DNA of 64,000 nt from an uncultured Candidatus Rokubacteria bacterium (GTDB lineage: Bacteria; Methylomirabilota; Methylomirabilia; Rokubacteriales; DASRDR01). Positions 51,134 through 61,328 of the stretch are shown here, piece after piece. The stretch spans positions 256,001 to 320,000 of the forward strand of contig CAWDVE010000010.1 in the NCBI GenBank assembly GCA_963805625.1, written 5' to 3'. A program made the position numbers and the translations under genes. A model generated the notes under the pieces. That model was given only the letters and a program-made list of their open reading frames with translations. It was not told the DNA's origin and did not search any database. The stretch's first letter is position 1. Each line of letters begins with the position of its first letter.

Positions 51134-51819
51134 GGCCCAGTGACAGCGCCGGCGAGCCGGGCCGGGACGTGGTCGTGACGATCGACGGCCCCGCCGGAGC
51201 CGGGAAGAGCACGGTGGCGCGCCGGCTGGCCGAACGGCTCGGCTTCACTTACGTCAACAGCGGCGCGATCTACCGGGCGGTCGCCTGGCGCGCCTCCCAG
51301 GGCGTCCCCGTCGAGGCCGTGCTCCGGAGCCTCAGCGTCGAGTTCGTGCCGACTCCGGGCGGGCAGCGTGTGCGCGTCGACGGTCAGGACGTGACCGAGA
51401 CGCTCTACTCGCCCGCGGTGAGCGAGCGCGCCGCCACGCTGTCCCGGCGCCCGGCCGTCCGGGAGTTCGCGGACCAGCTCCAGCGCGAGCATGCGGCACG
51501 GGGTCCGGTCGTGGTCGAGGGACGGGACGCGGGCACGGTGGTCTTCCCGGAGGCGGAGTGCAAGTTCTACCTGGACGCGTCGCCGGACGCGCGCGCCCGG
51601 CGCCGCTTCGCGGAGCAGCGGGGCGGCGGTGGAGCGGCCGACCTGGAAGCCATCCGGGTCGCCATCGGGGCCCGGGACGACGCGGACCGGACGCGCTCGG
51701 TCGCCCCCCTCGCGCAGAGCGCCGACGCGTCGTACGTCGACTCGAGCGACATGACGGTGGACGAGGTCGTGGAGCTGATGGCGAAGGAGGTCGAGCGGGC
51801 GTGCTCTACGCGACCCTGA
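51130..51819 (+). CDS. cmk: cytidylate kinase
   Basis: IDGPAGAGKST, SGAIYRA, EGRDAGTVVFP. Confidence 0.94.
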   Translation: MRPSDSAGEPGRDVVVTIDGPAGAGKSTVARRLAERLGFTYVNSGAIYRAVAWRASQGVPVEAVLRSLSVEFVPTPGGQRVRVDGQDVTETLYSPAVSERAATLSRRPAVREFADQLQREHAARGPVVVEGRDAGTVVFPEAECKFYLDASPDARARRRFAEQRGGGGAADLEAIRVAIGARDDADRTRSVAPLAQSADASYVDSSDMTVDEVVELMAKEVERACSTRP

Positions 51820-52481
51820 AGGTGATGATCGCCGCGTTCAGCCGCGTCCTGTTCCGCCTCTCGGTGGTCGGTGCGGACCGGGTGCCCCGGGAGGGCCGCC
51901 TGCTCCTGGCCTCCAACCACCTGAGCGTGCTGGACCCGGCGCTGATCGGCGCCGTGATGCCGCGCGAGCTCGACTACATGGCGAAGACCGAGCTGTTCCG
52001 CATCCCGGGGTTCGGCGCGCTCATCCGGCGGCTGAACGCGCATCCCGTGGATCGGAGCGGATCAGATTCGGCGGCGCTTCGCCTCGCGCTCCGGCTGCTC
52101 GGCGACGGTCGAGCCGTGCTGGTCTTCCCGGAGGGGACGCGAGGCACCGAGGGGCACCTCCAGCCGGCCCGGCCCGGTGCCGGGATGCTCGCCGCGCTCT
52201 CGGGGGCGCCGGTGGTGCCCGTCTACGTCCAGGGCTCGGGCCGGGCGCTGCCGCGGGGCGCGGTGCTGCCGCGTCCGGCCCGGGTGACGGTGACGTTCGG
52301 CGTGCCGATCAGATTCGTCCGCAAGCGCGGGAGAACGCGGTACCAGGAGGTCAGCGACGAGATTATGGCGGCCGTCGGCCGCCTGAAGACGGAGGCCGAG
52401 CGGGGGCGTCCCGCCGCCGCCGAGGACACACGCACGGATCCCACGACCCCGGGGCGAGCCCTGGCAGGTCGAATTCACTGA
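51801..52481 (+). CDS. plsC: 1-acyl-sn-glycerol-3-phosphate acyltransferase
   Basis: NHLSVLD (HX4D), FPEGTR, PVVPV. Confidence 0.88.
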   Translation: MLYATLKVMIAAFSRVLFRLSVVGADRVPREGRLLLASNHLSVLDPALIGAVMPRELDYMAKTELFRIPGFGALIRRLNAHPVDRSGSDSAALRLALRLLGDGRAVLVFPEGTRGTEGHLQPARPGAGMLAALSGAPVVPVYVQGSGRALPRGAVLPRPARVTVTFGVPIRFVRKRGRTRYQEVSDEIMAAVGRLKTEAERGRPAAAEDTRTDPTTPGRALAGRIH

Positions 52482-52498
52482 ACGGAGGAACAACAGGA

Positions 52499-54307
52499 AT
52501 GGACCAGTTCACACAGGATCCCGAGGCCCACGCGACGGGGCGGTACGGCGGGGGTGCCGGGACCGGAGCATCCCCGTGGGAGGTTGGGGAGGGCCCGATG
52601 GCAGCGACGGACCGGACGCCGGCGACGAGGCCCATCGCGGGCGGGAGCGCCCCCGAGACCGGGCAGGACGAGCTCGAGGACCTCTATCAGCAGAGCCTGC
52701 AGGACCTGCAGGAAGGCGAGGTCGTCAAGGGCACCATCATCGGTCTGACCGCCAACGAGGTCCTCGTCGACGTCGGGTACAAGAGCGAGGGCACGATCCC
52801 GATCGATGAGTTCCACCGGAGCGGCATCACCCCGGAGATCGGCCAGGAGATCGAGGTCTACCTCGAGGCCAAGGAAGACTCCGAGGGCCTCATCGTCCTC
52901 TCCAAGGAGAAGGCCGACAAGATCAAGGTCTGGGACGTCATCACGCGGGCCTACGAGAAGGGCGCGCCGGTTGACGGGAAGGTCGTTGAAGTAGTCAAGG
53001 GCGGCCTGGCCGTTGACGTGGGCGTCAAGGCGTTCCTGCCTGGCTCCCAGGTGGACCTGCGCCCGGTGAAGAACCTCAACTCGATGATCGGGCAGCAGAT
53101 CAAGGCGCGCGTGATCAAGTTCAACCGGCGCCGAGGCAACGTCGTGCTTTCCCGCCGGGTGGTTCTGGAGGAGGAGCGCGAGGAGAAGCGGAAGCACACG
53201 CTGGCGGTGCTCCACGAGGGCATGGTCACGACCGGCGTCGTGAAGAACATCACCGACTACGGTGCCTTCATCGACCTCGGCGGCGTCGACGGTCTCCTGC
53301 ACATCACTGACATGTCGTGGGGACGGATCAGCCACCCGTCCGAGCTCGTGCAGGTGGGTGACAAGCTGGACGTGGTCGTCCTCCACTTCGACAAGGAATC
53401 CGGCCGCGTCTCGCTCGGGCACAAGCAGAAGGGCCCCGATCCCTGGGAATCGGTCGCGGAGCGGTTCTCCGTGGGTAGTCGCCACCAGGGCAAGGTGGTG
53501 AGCCTGACGAACTACGGGGCGTTCGTGGAACTGGATCGCGGCATCGAGGGGCTGGTCCACGTCTCGGAGATGTCGTGGACCCGCCGGGTGCGGCACCCGT
53601 CCAAGCTGGTCAACGTCGGCGACGACGTCGAGGTGATGGTCCTGGCGGTCGACAAGGGCCAGAAGCGCATTTCGCTCGGCATGAAGCAGGTCGAGTCCGA
53701 CCCGTGGGACTCGATCGAGGAGCGCTTCCGGCCCGGCGTGAAGGTGCAGGGGAAGGTGCGCAATCTGACGGACTTCGGCGCGTTCGTGGAGCTCGAGCCG
53801 GGGATCGACGGCCTCCTTCACATCTCCGACATGACGTGGGCGCGGAACGTGGCGCATCCTTCCGAGCTCCTCAAGAAGGGGCAGCCGATCGAGACGGTCA
53901 TTCTTCATGTCGACAAGGAGAACAAGCGAATCTCGCTGGGTCTCAAGCAGCTCCAGCGGGATCCGTGGGAGGACGTCACCCGGAAGTTCCCGGTCGGGTC
54001 GAACATCAAGGGCAAGGTGGTTCGCCTCACGGAATTCGGCGCCTTCATCGAGCTCGAGGCGGGCGTGGATGGTCTGCTCCACATCTCGCAGATGTCGAGC
54101 CGCCCGGTGGCGACGCCTCAGGACGTGGTGCAGCTCGGCGACGAGCTGACGGTGAAGGTGATTCGCATCGAGCCGAACGAGCGGCGCATCGGGTTGTCGC
54201 TCCGAGATCTCGCCGCCGACATTCCGGTGGTGGAGGAGGAGGAGCACCGCGGCCGTCGCGGCCGGAAGCGCGACCGCGACCGGTACGACAGCGACGATGA
54301 CGAGTAG
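52499..54307 (+). CDS. rpsA: 30S ribosomal protein S1
   Basis: six S1 repeats (DVGYKSEG, YGAFIDLGGVDGLLHI, RISLG); GGAGG upstream. Confidence 0.97.
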   Translation: MDQFTQDPEAHATGRYGGGAGTGASPWEVGEGPMAATDRTPATRPIAGGSAPETGQDELEDLYQQSLQDLQEGEVVKGTIIGLTANEVLVDVGYKSEGTIPIDEFHRSGITPEIGQEIEVYLEAKEDSEGLIVLSKEKADKIKVWDVITRAYEKGAPVDGKVVEVVKGGLAVDVGVKAFLPGSQVDLRPVKNLNSMIGQQIKARVIKFNRRRGNVVLSRRVVLEEEREEKRKHTLAVLHEGMVTTGVVKNITDYGAFIDLGGVDGLLHITDMSWGRISHPSELVQVGDKLDVVVLHFDKESGRVSLGHKQKGPDPWESVAERFSVGSRHQGKVVSLTNYGAFVELDRGIEGLVHVSEMSWTRRVRHPSKLVNVGDDVEVMVLAVDKGQKRISLGMKQVESDPWDSIEERFRPGVKVQGKVRNLTDFGAFVELEPGIDGLLHISDMTWARNVAHPSELLKKGQPIETVILHVDKENKRISLGLKQLQRDPWEDVTRKFPVGSNIKGKVVRLTEFGAFIELEAGVDGLLHISQMSSRPVATPQDVVQLGDELTVKVIRIEPNERRIGLSLRDLAADIPVVEEEEHRGRRGRKRDRDRYDSDDDE

Positions 54308-54329
54308 ACCGGGCGGGTAACCCAGGAAC

Positions 54330-55250
54330 ATGCGCGGCAAGCTGGTCCGGGCGCTCGGCGTCACCGCGCTCGTTTTTGCCGGCTGCTTCGCGGTCGTGCT
54401 GGGGGTCCTCGTCTTCGGCGAGCCCGGGGTCCCGTCCCTCGGCGGGAACCGGGTCGCCCTCGTCGAGATCGAAGGTCTGATCGTCGACGCCGACCGGGTC
54501 GTGCGTGAGCTAGGGGACTACGGAGAGGATCCGTCGATTCGGGCCATCGTCGTGCGGATCCAGAGCCCGGGCGGCGTCGTGGGACCGACGCAGGAGATCC
54601 ACGACGCGATTCGGAAAATCCGCACCCAGGGCAAGCCCGTCGTCGCCTCCATGGGCTCGGTGGCGGCGTCGGGAGGGTACTACCTGGCGGCGGCCGCGAC
54701 GCGCATCGTCGCGAACCCCGGCACGCTCACCGGGTCGATCGGCGTCATCATGCAGCTGGCCGAGATCGAAGGCCTCCTCAAGAAGGTCGGCGTCCGCTAC
54801 GAGGTCATCAAGTCCGGCCGGTTCAAGGACAGCGCGTCGTTTGCTCGGCCCATGACACCGGAGGAGCGTGCCGTCCTCCAGACCGTGCTCGATGACATGC
54901 ACGATCAGTTCGTGACGGCCATCGCCGAAGGTCGCCGTCTCGGGAAGGAGCGGGTGCGAGCGCTGGCGGACGGGCGCGTGTACTCAGGACGGATGGCGAA
55001 GGACCTCGGTCTCGTCGATGCCCTGGGCGGGCTAGACGAGGCCATCCGGCTCGCGGGCGAGCTGGGCGGGGTTCGAGGCAAGCCGCGCCTCGTCCGGCCC
55101 CGCCGCGCCTGGCGCATTCTCGACCTGGCCGACCTCGTCGGCGGGGAGGCAGCCCTCACATGGCTCCGATCCGCCGGCTGGCCCGGCCCTGGTTTGCCGG
55201 CGTTGCCCCTCCTCGGGTCCTCCAAGCTGCCGCTCTATCTTCTGGACTGA
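54330..55250 (+). CDS. sppA: signal peptide peptidase SppA (S49)
   Basis: N-terminal TM, SPGG, AASGGYY, TGSIGV, KSGRFKD, GLVD. Confidence 0.94.
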   Translation: MRGKLVRALGVTALVFAGCFAVVLGVLVFGEPGVPSLGGNRVALVEIEGLIVDADRVVRELGDYGEDPSIRAIVVRIQSPGGVVGPTQEIHDAIRKIRTQGKPVVASMGSVAASGGYYLAAAATRIVANPGTLTGSIGVIMQLAEIEGLLKKVGVRYEVIKSGRFKDSASFARPMTPEERAVLQTVLDDMHDQFVTAIAEGRRLGKERVRALADGRVYSGRMAKDLGLVDALGGLDEAIRLAGELGGVRGKPRLVRPRRAWRILDLADLVGGEAALTWLRSAGWPGPGLPALPLLGSSKLPLYLLD

Positions 55251-55297
55251 GCCGTCTGGATCTGTTCCCTGGCGAGATCGGCATGGAACCTCGCGGC

Positions 55298-55327
55298 TTG
55301 ACAGGCGTTTTTGGCCCGTGATAGCGT
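55298..55327 (+). promoter_or_regulatory. sigma70 promoter for ihfB
   Basis: TTGACA-N18-TAGCGT with extended TG; GAAGGAGG RBS. Confidence 0.65.
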
Positions 55328-55366
55328 GAACTCGAACTCCTGGAAGGCTGCCGAAGGAGGGCGAGT

Positions 55367-55651
55367 GTGCCGACGATGACGAAGGCTGACCTCGTTGACG
55401 AGGTCGCCAAGCTGTCGAACCTGACCAAGAAGGAAACCGAGCTGATCGTCAACACGATATTCGACAGCATCTCTTCGGCGCTCGCCCGGGTTGAGAAGGT
55501 CGAGCTCCGCGGGTTCGGGAGCTTCAGGGTGCGGCGGCGGAACTCCCGCCGGGGCCGTAATCCGAAGACGGGCTCCACGGTGAGCGTGCCCGAGAAGCGG
55601 GTGCCTTTCTTCAAGGTGGGCAAGCGCCTGAAGGAGCTAGTCAACACGTGA
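55367..55651 (+). CDS. ihfB: integration host factor beta / HU-family protein
   Basis: MTKADL, VELRGFGSF, GRNPKTG, PFFKVGKRLKE; rpsA-sppA-ihfB order. Confidence 0.88.
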   Translation: MPTMTKADLVDEVAKLSNLTKKETELIVNTIFDSISSALARVEKVELRGFGSFRVRRRNSRRGRNPKTGSTVSVPEKRVPFFKVGKRLKELVNT

Positions 55652-55658
55652 GAGCAGG

Positions 55659-55688
55659 GCCGCGACCCCGACCCGGGGCGGTCGCGGC
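55659..55688 (+). terminator. GC-rich hairpin after ihfB
   Basis: 9-bp stem GCCGCGACC/GGTCGCGGC; no U-tract. Confidence 0.4.
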
Positions 55689-55760
55689 GGGTTGTCGGCG
55701 GGCCTTCGAGCCTGCGAGCCGATCTCTCCGGCGGACTCTCCGGGATCAGCGCGCGCTCTG

Positions 55761-58484
55761 ATGGGCGACGATGTCACGCGTTCCCGGCCCGGGACACCCT
55801 CGGATCCAGCCGGCGGGGTCCCGCCGCCCGACCTGGTCGAGACGGAAATCCCTCTCACACCGATGATGCGCCAGTACCACGAGTGGAAGCGGCGCTATCC
55901 GGATTACCTCCTGCTCTTCCGCCTCGGCGACTTCTACGAGGCGTTCCACGAGGACGCCGCCGTGGCGGCCCGCACACTCGACATCACGCTCACCGCGCGG
56001 CAGAAGATCCCCATGGCCGGGGTGCCGCACCACGCCCTCGACGTGTACCTCGCGCGGCTCGTCCGGGCGGGACTGAAGGTCGCGATCTGCGATCAGGTCG
56101 AGACCGCGCCGGCCAAGGGGCGGCAGCTGATCCGGCGGGAAGTGGTCCGGCTCGTCACGCCCGGGACCGTTACCGAGACGGGACTCCTCGACGGGCGCCT
56201 GAACAACTTCCTAGCAGCGCTCTGGCGAGGCCCGGACCACCTCGGTGTCGCCCTGGTGGACGTGACGACCGCCGACTTTTGGGTCGGGGAGTCGACCGAC
56301 GTGGAGGCGCTGACCGAGGCGCTGCTCCTTCGCCGGCCCGCGGAGGTGCTGCTTCCCCCGGGGATTCCGGCGGACGATCCGCTGGCGACACGCCTGGGCT
56401 CGGCGGGCGTGCCCGTGACCGCACGCGATGCCACGAGCTTCGGCCTCCGCGAGGCGGAGGATCGCCTGCGCGCTCATTTCCGTCTCGCCGCCGTCGAGGG
56501 GCTCGGCCTGCCGCGCCGCGGCGGGGCGCTCCGTGCCGCGGGCGCGGCTCTCGGCTACCTCCAGGAGACGCAGCAGACGCCGCTCGGGCACCTCACCCGC
56601 ATCCAGACGCTCGCGCTGGAGGACCACCTCACCCTTGACGAGAGCGCCGCGCGCAACCTGGAGGTGGTCGAAACCCTCCAGGACCGCGGCGGCGCGGCGA
56701 CGCTCCTCTGGGCGATGGACCGCACTCGCACGTCGATGGGCGGGCGGCTCCTTCGCCAGTGGCTTCTCCGGCCGCTCCTCCGGCCGCGCGACATCGGGGA
56801 GCGGCTCGACGCCGTCGCCGCCCTGGTGGAGGCTCCGGCGCTCCTGGCCGATCTCCGTCAGGCGCTCGAGGGGATCGGCGACCTCGCCCGCCTCGCCAGC
56901 CGCGTCGCCCTGGGGGTGGCTGCGCCGCGAGACCTCGCGGCTCTCCGCGCGACGCTCGGATCCCTCCCCGCCCTTCGCGAGCGCGCCGAGCCCTGCCCGG
57001 ACCCGTTGATTCGCCAATGTGCCGAGTCGGTGGAGGACCTGGGCGACCTGGGGAAGACGCTCGAGGCGGCGCTCGTGGATGAGCCGCCCCTCACGCTTTA
57101 CGAGGGCGGGCTAATCCGCGAATCCTGGAATCCCGCCCTCGCCGAGCTGCGGCGAGAGGTGCGGGAGGCGCGCGCCTGGATCGCGGGGCTGGAGGGGCGG
57201 GAGCGCGAGCGCACGGGCATCTCGTCCCTCCGGGTGAGGTACAACCGCGTGTTCGGCTACGGGATCGAGATCCCGAGGAGCCAGGCGCGGCCCGTCCCCG
57301 AGGATTACGTGCGACGCCAGACGTTGGTCGGGGCCGAGCGCTATGTGACGGCGGAGCTCCGGGAGCAGGAGGCGAAGGTCCTGGGTGCCGAGGGGCGGAT
57401 GAACCGCCTCGAGTACGAGCTGTTCGACGAGCTCCGGCGGACCGTCGCCGGGGAGGCTGACAGGCTCCTGCGCACCGCCCACGCGGTGGCGACCCTCGAC
57501 GTAATGGCGTCGCTGGCTCACGTGGCGCGCGAGCGCGGCTACGTCCGGCCCGCCGTCGATGACGGGGGCGTCATCGACATCCAGGAGGGCCGGCACCCCG
57601 TGCTCGAGCTGAGGACCGACGGCGCCCGGTTCGTGCCGAACGACCTCCGGCTCGTGTCGGGCGAGGTCGAGTGTCTCGTGATCACGGGGCCGAACATGGC
57701 CGGGAAGTCGACCTACATGCGGCAGACGGCGCTCATCGTGCTGCTGGCCCAGGTGGGGAGCTTCGTGCCGGCCCGGAGCGCGCGGATCGGGGTGGTGGAC
57801 CGGGTGTTCACGCGGATCGGAGCCCAGGACAACCTCGCCCGCGGGCACAGCACGTTCCTCGTGGAGATGACGGAGACGGCAGCCATCCTCCGGCACGCCA
57901 CCCCGCGGAGCCTCGTCCTCCTCGACGAGATCGGGCGGGGCACATCGACCTTCGACGGCCTCTCGATCGCGTGGGCGGTGGCCGAGCACCTCCACGAGCG
58001 CTGCGCGGGGGCGAAGGTCCTCTTCGCGACGCACTATCACGAGCTGACGCGGCTGGCCGCGGAGCTTCCGCGTGTCCAGAACGTGCACGTGGCGGTCCGG
58101 GAATGGAAGGACGACATCGTCTTCCTCCACCGCGTGGTGCCGGGAGGGACGGATCGTTCGTATGGCATCCAGGTGGCGCGCCTAGCCGGACTGCCGGACG
58201 AGGTGGTCACTCGGGCGCGGGCGCTCCTGGGGGAGTTCGAGCAAGGCGCTCCCGCCCCGGCGGCGCCGACCGGAGCCGGCTCGGGGCAGCTCGCGCTGTT
58301 CGGCGGAGCGGGCGCGGTGCGAGCGGATGAGACCGCCGTTCCGATCGCCAGCGGGCCGGCGCTGCCCGTGGCTCCCCATCCCGTGCTGGCCCAGCTGGCG
58401 GCGCTCGACCCGGAGCGGATGACTCCCATCGAGGCGCTCGCGGCGCTCGACGAGCTTCGCCGGCGGCTCTCGAGCGAGCCATGA
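55761..58484 (+). CDS. mutS: DNA mismatch repair protein MutS
   Basis: TPMMRQY, GDFYE, GPNMAGKST, STFLVEM, DEIGRGT, SYGIQVA; start uncertain. Confidence 0.97.
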   Translation: MGDDVTRSRPGTPSDPAGGVPPPDLVETEIPLTPMMRQYHEWKRRYPDYLLLFRLGDFYEAFHEDAAVAARTLDITLTARQKIPMAGVPHHALDVYLARLVRAGLKVAICDQVETAPAKGRQLIRREVVRLVTPGTVTETGLLDGRLNNFLAALWRGPDHLGVALVDVTTADFWVGESTDVEALTEALLLRRPAEVLLPPGIPADDPLATRLGSAGVPVTARDATSFGLREAEDRLRAHFRLAAVEGLGLPRRGGALRAAGAALGYLQETQQTPLGHLTRIQTLALEDHLTLDESAARNLEVVETLQDRGGAATLLWAMDRTRTSMGGRLLRQWLLRPLLRPRDIGERLDAVAALVEAPALLADLRQALEGIGDLARLASRVALGVAAPRDLAALRATLGSLPALRERAEPCPDPLIRQCAESVEDLGDLGKTLEAALVDEPPLTLYEGGLIRESWNPALAELRREVREARAWIAGLEGRERERTGISSLRVRYNRVFGYGIEIPRSQARPVPEDYVRRQTLVGAERYVTAELREQEAKVLGAEGRMNRLEYELFDELRRTVAGEADRLLRTAHAVATLDVMASLAHVARERGYVRPAVDDGGVIDIQEGRHPVLELRTDGARFVPNDLRLVSGEVECLVITGPNMAGKSTYMRQTALIVLLAQVGSFVPARSARIGVVDRVFTRIGAQDNLARGHSTFLVEMTETAAILRHATPRSLVLLDEIGRGTSTFDGLSIAWAVAEHLHERCAGAKVLFATHYHELTRLAAELPRVQNVHVAVREWKDDIVFLHRVVPGGTDRSYGIQVARLAGLPDEVVTRARALLGEFEQGAPAPAAPTGAGSGQLALFGGAGAVRADETAVPIASGPALPVAPHPVLAQLAALDPERMTPIEALAALDELRRRLSSEP

Positions 58485-58585
58485 GCCCGCAGGCTGCCCC
58501 AGGCGGAAGGCCGTCCAATCAAGGCCGTCCGTCCAGTCAGGGTTGTCTGATCATGCCGAACGCGGCACGGGGTTAGTTTAGCTCG

Positions 58586-60337
58586 GTGGGTGCGGTCATG
58601 TCGACCGTCCAGCGGCTCCCCGACGCCGTCGTCAACAAGATCGCGGCCGGGGAGGTCGTCGAACGCCCGGCGTCCGTCGTCAAGGAGCTGGTCGAGAACA
58701 GCCTGGACGCAGGGGCGACCCGTATCGAGATCGCGGTGCGGGGCGCCGGGCGCCAGCTCATCGCGGTGACGGACGACGGGCGCGGGATGCCCCCCGAGGA
58801 CTGCCTGCTCGCGCTGGAGCGGCATGCGACCTCGAAGCTCAGGACGGAGACCGACCTCGAGGCGATCGGCACGCTCGGGTTTCGCGGGGAGGCATTGCCC
58901 GCCATCTTCGCCGTCTCCCGGCTTTCGCTCTTGTCGCGGCCCGCCGCCACGCCGCGGGGGTTCCTCATCGTCGGGGAGGGCGGGGTCGTGGGGGAGTCGG
59001 GTCCGGCCGAGGCGACAGCCGGCACGACCGTCGAGGTCCGGGATCTGTTCTTCAACACGCCGGCACGGGCCAAGTTTCTGAAGAGCCCCGCCACGGAGCA
59101 GACGGCCATCGTTCGCGTCGTGACCCAGCTGGCGCTGGCCAATCCCCGGGTCCACCTCCGCCTCCTCGCGAACGGGCGCGTCCTCCTGAACGCTCCCCCG
59201 GGCGCCGGCCTCCGGGAGCGGGTTGGCGCGCTGTACGGATTCGGGCTGGCGACGCGGCTCCTCGAGGTGGCGGGCGAAGGTGCGGGGGCGCGTGTGGCCG
59301 GCGTCGTCGCCCCTCCGGCACTCTCCCGGACCCATCGCGACGACATTCACTTCATCGTCAACGGGCGGGTGGTCCGCGACACGCTCCTGACGCAGGCCTT
59401 GCTGGAGGCGTACCGGCCGCTCCTGCCGCGAGACCAGTTCCCGCTGGCCGCCCTCGAGCTCGTGCTCGACCCGAGCGAGGTCGACGTCAACGTCCATCCC
59501 GCCAAGACTTGGGTGCGGTTCCGCCGCCCGCGGGTGCTCTATGGCGTCGTGCTCGACGCCGTCCGGAAGGCTCTTCGCCAGATGGACGCGGCGCCGGCGG
59601 GCCTGGTCGCGCGGCTGGCAGGAGACGAGGCGGGCCCGGGTGGGGCCGTCTTCCCCGCGCCCGGGCTGGGTGGCTCCCCCGACTCGGCCGGCTGGGCGGG
59701 GGGGGACCCGGCGCAGGCCACGCTGTTTCGCGAGGGCGAAGCGGGCTATCGGAGCGAGCCCTTCTTCGGTCGCGTCGTCGGCCAGATCGAGGATACCTTC
59801 ATCGTGGCGCACACGGCCGAGGAAGTTTTCTTCGTCGACCAGCACGTCGCGCACGAGCGCGTGCTCTTCGAGCGGCTGCGTGGTGACCTCGAGCGCGGCA
59901 CGCTCGCGTCGCAGGAGCTGCTGTTCCCCCAGCCGCTCGAGCTGGCCCCGGCGCGCCTTCGGGCCCTCGAGCGCGTCAACCCCGAGCTCGCGCGCCTCGG
60001 GTTCGCGCTCGAGGGATTCGGAGGGGGGGCGATCCTCCTGCGGGCGGTTCCCTCGCTCCTCCGGACCGAAGATCTCCCACGGCTTGCCGACGAGCTCTCG
60101 CAGGAGCTCGACGAGGACGCGGGGCAGGGGAGCTCCCCGGTACTGGACCGGCTGCTCGCGTTCGTCGCGTGCCGCGCTGCCATCAAGGCCCACCAGGCGC
60201 TCGTTCCGGAGGAGATGGCGCAGGTCCTGACAGACCTGGCGGAGACCGCCACGCCCTACTACTGCCCTCATGGACGGCCAATCGTCTCGCGGATCCCGCT
60301 CGGGGAGATCAAGCGCGAGCTCCGCCGGACCTGGTGA
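58586..60337 (+). CDS. mutL: DNA mismatch repair endonuclease MutL
   Basis: IAAGEVVERPASVVKELVENSLDA, GFRGEAL, DQHVAHE, ACR, CPHGRP; start GTG 58586 or ATG 58598. Confidence 0.97.
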   Translation: MGAVMSTVQRLPDAVVNKIAAGEVVERPASVVKELVENSLDAGATRIEIAVRGAGRQLIAVTDDGRGMPPEDCLLALERHATSKLRTETDLEAIGTLGFRGEALPAIFAVSRLSLLSRPAATPRGFLIVGEGGVVGESGPAEATAGTTVEVRDLFFNTPARAKFLKSPATEQTAIVRVVTQLALANPRVHLRLLANGRVLLNAPPGAGLRERVGALYGFGLATRLLEVAGEGAGARVAGVVAPPALSRTHRDDIHFIVNGRVVRDTLLTQALLEAYRPLLPRDQFPLAALELVLDPSEVDVNVHPAKTWVRFRRPRVLYGVVLDAVRKALRQMDAAPAGLVARLAGDEAGPGGAVFPAPGLGGSPDSAGWAGGDPAQATLFREGEAGYRSEPFFGRVVGQIEDTFIVAHTAEEVFFVDQHVAHERVLFERLRGDLERGTLASQELLFPQPLELAPARLRALERVNPELARLGFALEGFGGGAILLRAVPSLLRTEDLPRLADELSQELDEDAGQGSSPVLDRLLAFVACRAAIKAHQALVPEEMAQVLTDLAETATPYYCPHGRPIVSRIPLGEIKRELRRTW

Positions 60338-61317
60338 CCCCCGTGTCCCGGGCGCTCGATGGCCGCACGCCGCCCATCCCCCTCCTCGCGATCCTCGGCC
60401 CGACGGGCGTCGGCAAGACGCGACTGGCGGTCGCGCTCGGGCAGCACTGGCCGATCGAGGTGGTGAGCGTCGACTCCCGGCAGGTGTACCGCCGGATGGA
60501 CATCGGCACCGCCAAGCCCACGCCCGAGGAGCGCCGCGCGGTCCGCCACCACCTCGTGGATGTCGTGGAGCCCGATGCCGGCTACGACGCGGCACGCTTC
60601 GTCCGTGAGGCGGCTGGGGCGATCGTGGCCGCGCGGAGCCGGGGGCGGTGGCCGGTCCTGGTGGGCGGCACCGGTCTCTACTATCGCGCGCTCGTCCGAG
60701 GGCTTCTGCCGCGCCCTCCGGCGGACCCGGTCCTCCGGGCCTCGCTCCAGGCCGAGGCTCGCCTGGCGGGCCCCGAGGCCCTCCACAGCCGCCTCCAAGC
60801 CCTGGACCCGGACGCAGCCGCCCGCCTTCACCCGCGCGACGGGCTCCGCGTGAGCCGCGCCCTGGAGGTGGCCCTTCAGACCGGCCGCCCGGCTCTCCAG
60901 ACCGGCGCGGGCGCCTGGGGAGAGGCCACCACAGAGCCAGGGTACCGTGTCGTGGCGGTGGGCCTCACGGCGCCCCGCCCGGCGCTCTACGAGGCGCTGG
61001 ATGCCCGCGTGGACCGGATGCTGTCCGAGGGTCTCGTCGACGAGGTGCGGGCGCTCCTCGAGGCCGGGTTCGCCTCGACCTTGCCGGCCATGCAAGGGAT
61101 CGGGTACCGGCACCTCGTGCCCGTGGCCGAGAGGGGCGGGGACCTGGAGACGGCCCGGGTGACGATGAAGCGGGACACCCGACGCTACGCGAAGCGGCAG
61201 TGGACGTGGTTTGCGCGCGAGCCCGACCTCGTGTGGGTGGAAACGCCCCCCGGTAACGTCGCGGGAGCGTTCGCCGATCTCAAGAAAATCGTTGAACGGA
61301 CGCATATTTTCGACTAG
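60334..61317 (+). CDS. miaA: tRNA dimethylallyltransferase
   Basis: [43 protein letters not shown]. Confidence 0.96.
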   Translation: MTPVSRALDGRTPPIPLLAILGPTGVGKTRLAVALGQHWPIEVVSVDSRQVYRRMDIGTAKPTPEERRAVRHHLVDVVEPDAGYDAARFVREAAGAIVAARSRGRWPVLVGGTGLYYRALVRGLLPRPPADPVLRASLQAEARLAGPEALHSRLQALDPDAAARLHPRDGLRVSRALEVALQTGRPALQTGAGAWGEATTEPGYRVVAVGLTAPRPALYEALDARVDRMLSEGLVDEVRALLEAGFASTLPAMQGIGYRHLVPVAERGGDLETARVTMKRDTRRYAKRQWTWFAREPDLVWVETPPGNVAGAFADLKKIVERTHIFD

Positions 61318-61320
61318 GCT
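61292..61320 (+). promoter_or_regulatory. sigma70 promoter inside the miaA 3' end, upstream of hflX
   Basis: TTGAAC-N17-TAGGCT in an AT-rich patch; GTG of hflX 8 nt downstream. Confidence 0.55.
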
Positions 61321-61328
61321 GACTGAGC

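Noticed and set aside
46773-52481. No aroF or ispH within the pheA...cmk-plsC-rpsA run
   Set aside because: Their presence in this cluster varies widely; absence from one window is uninformative.
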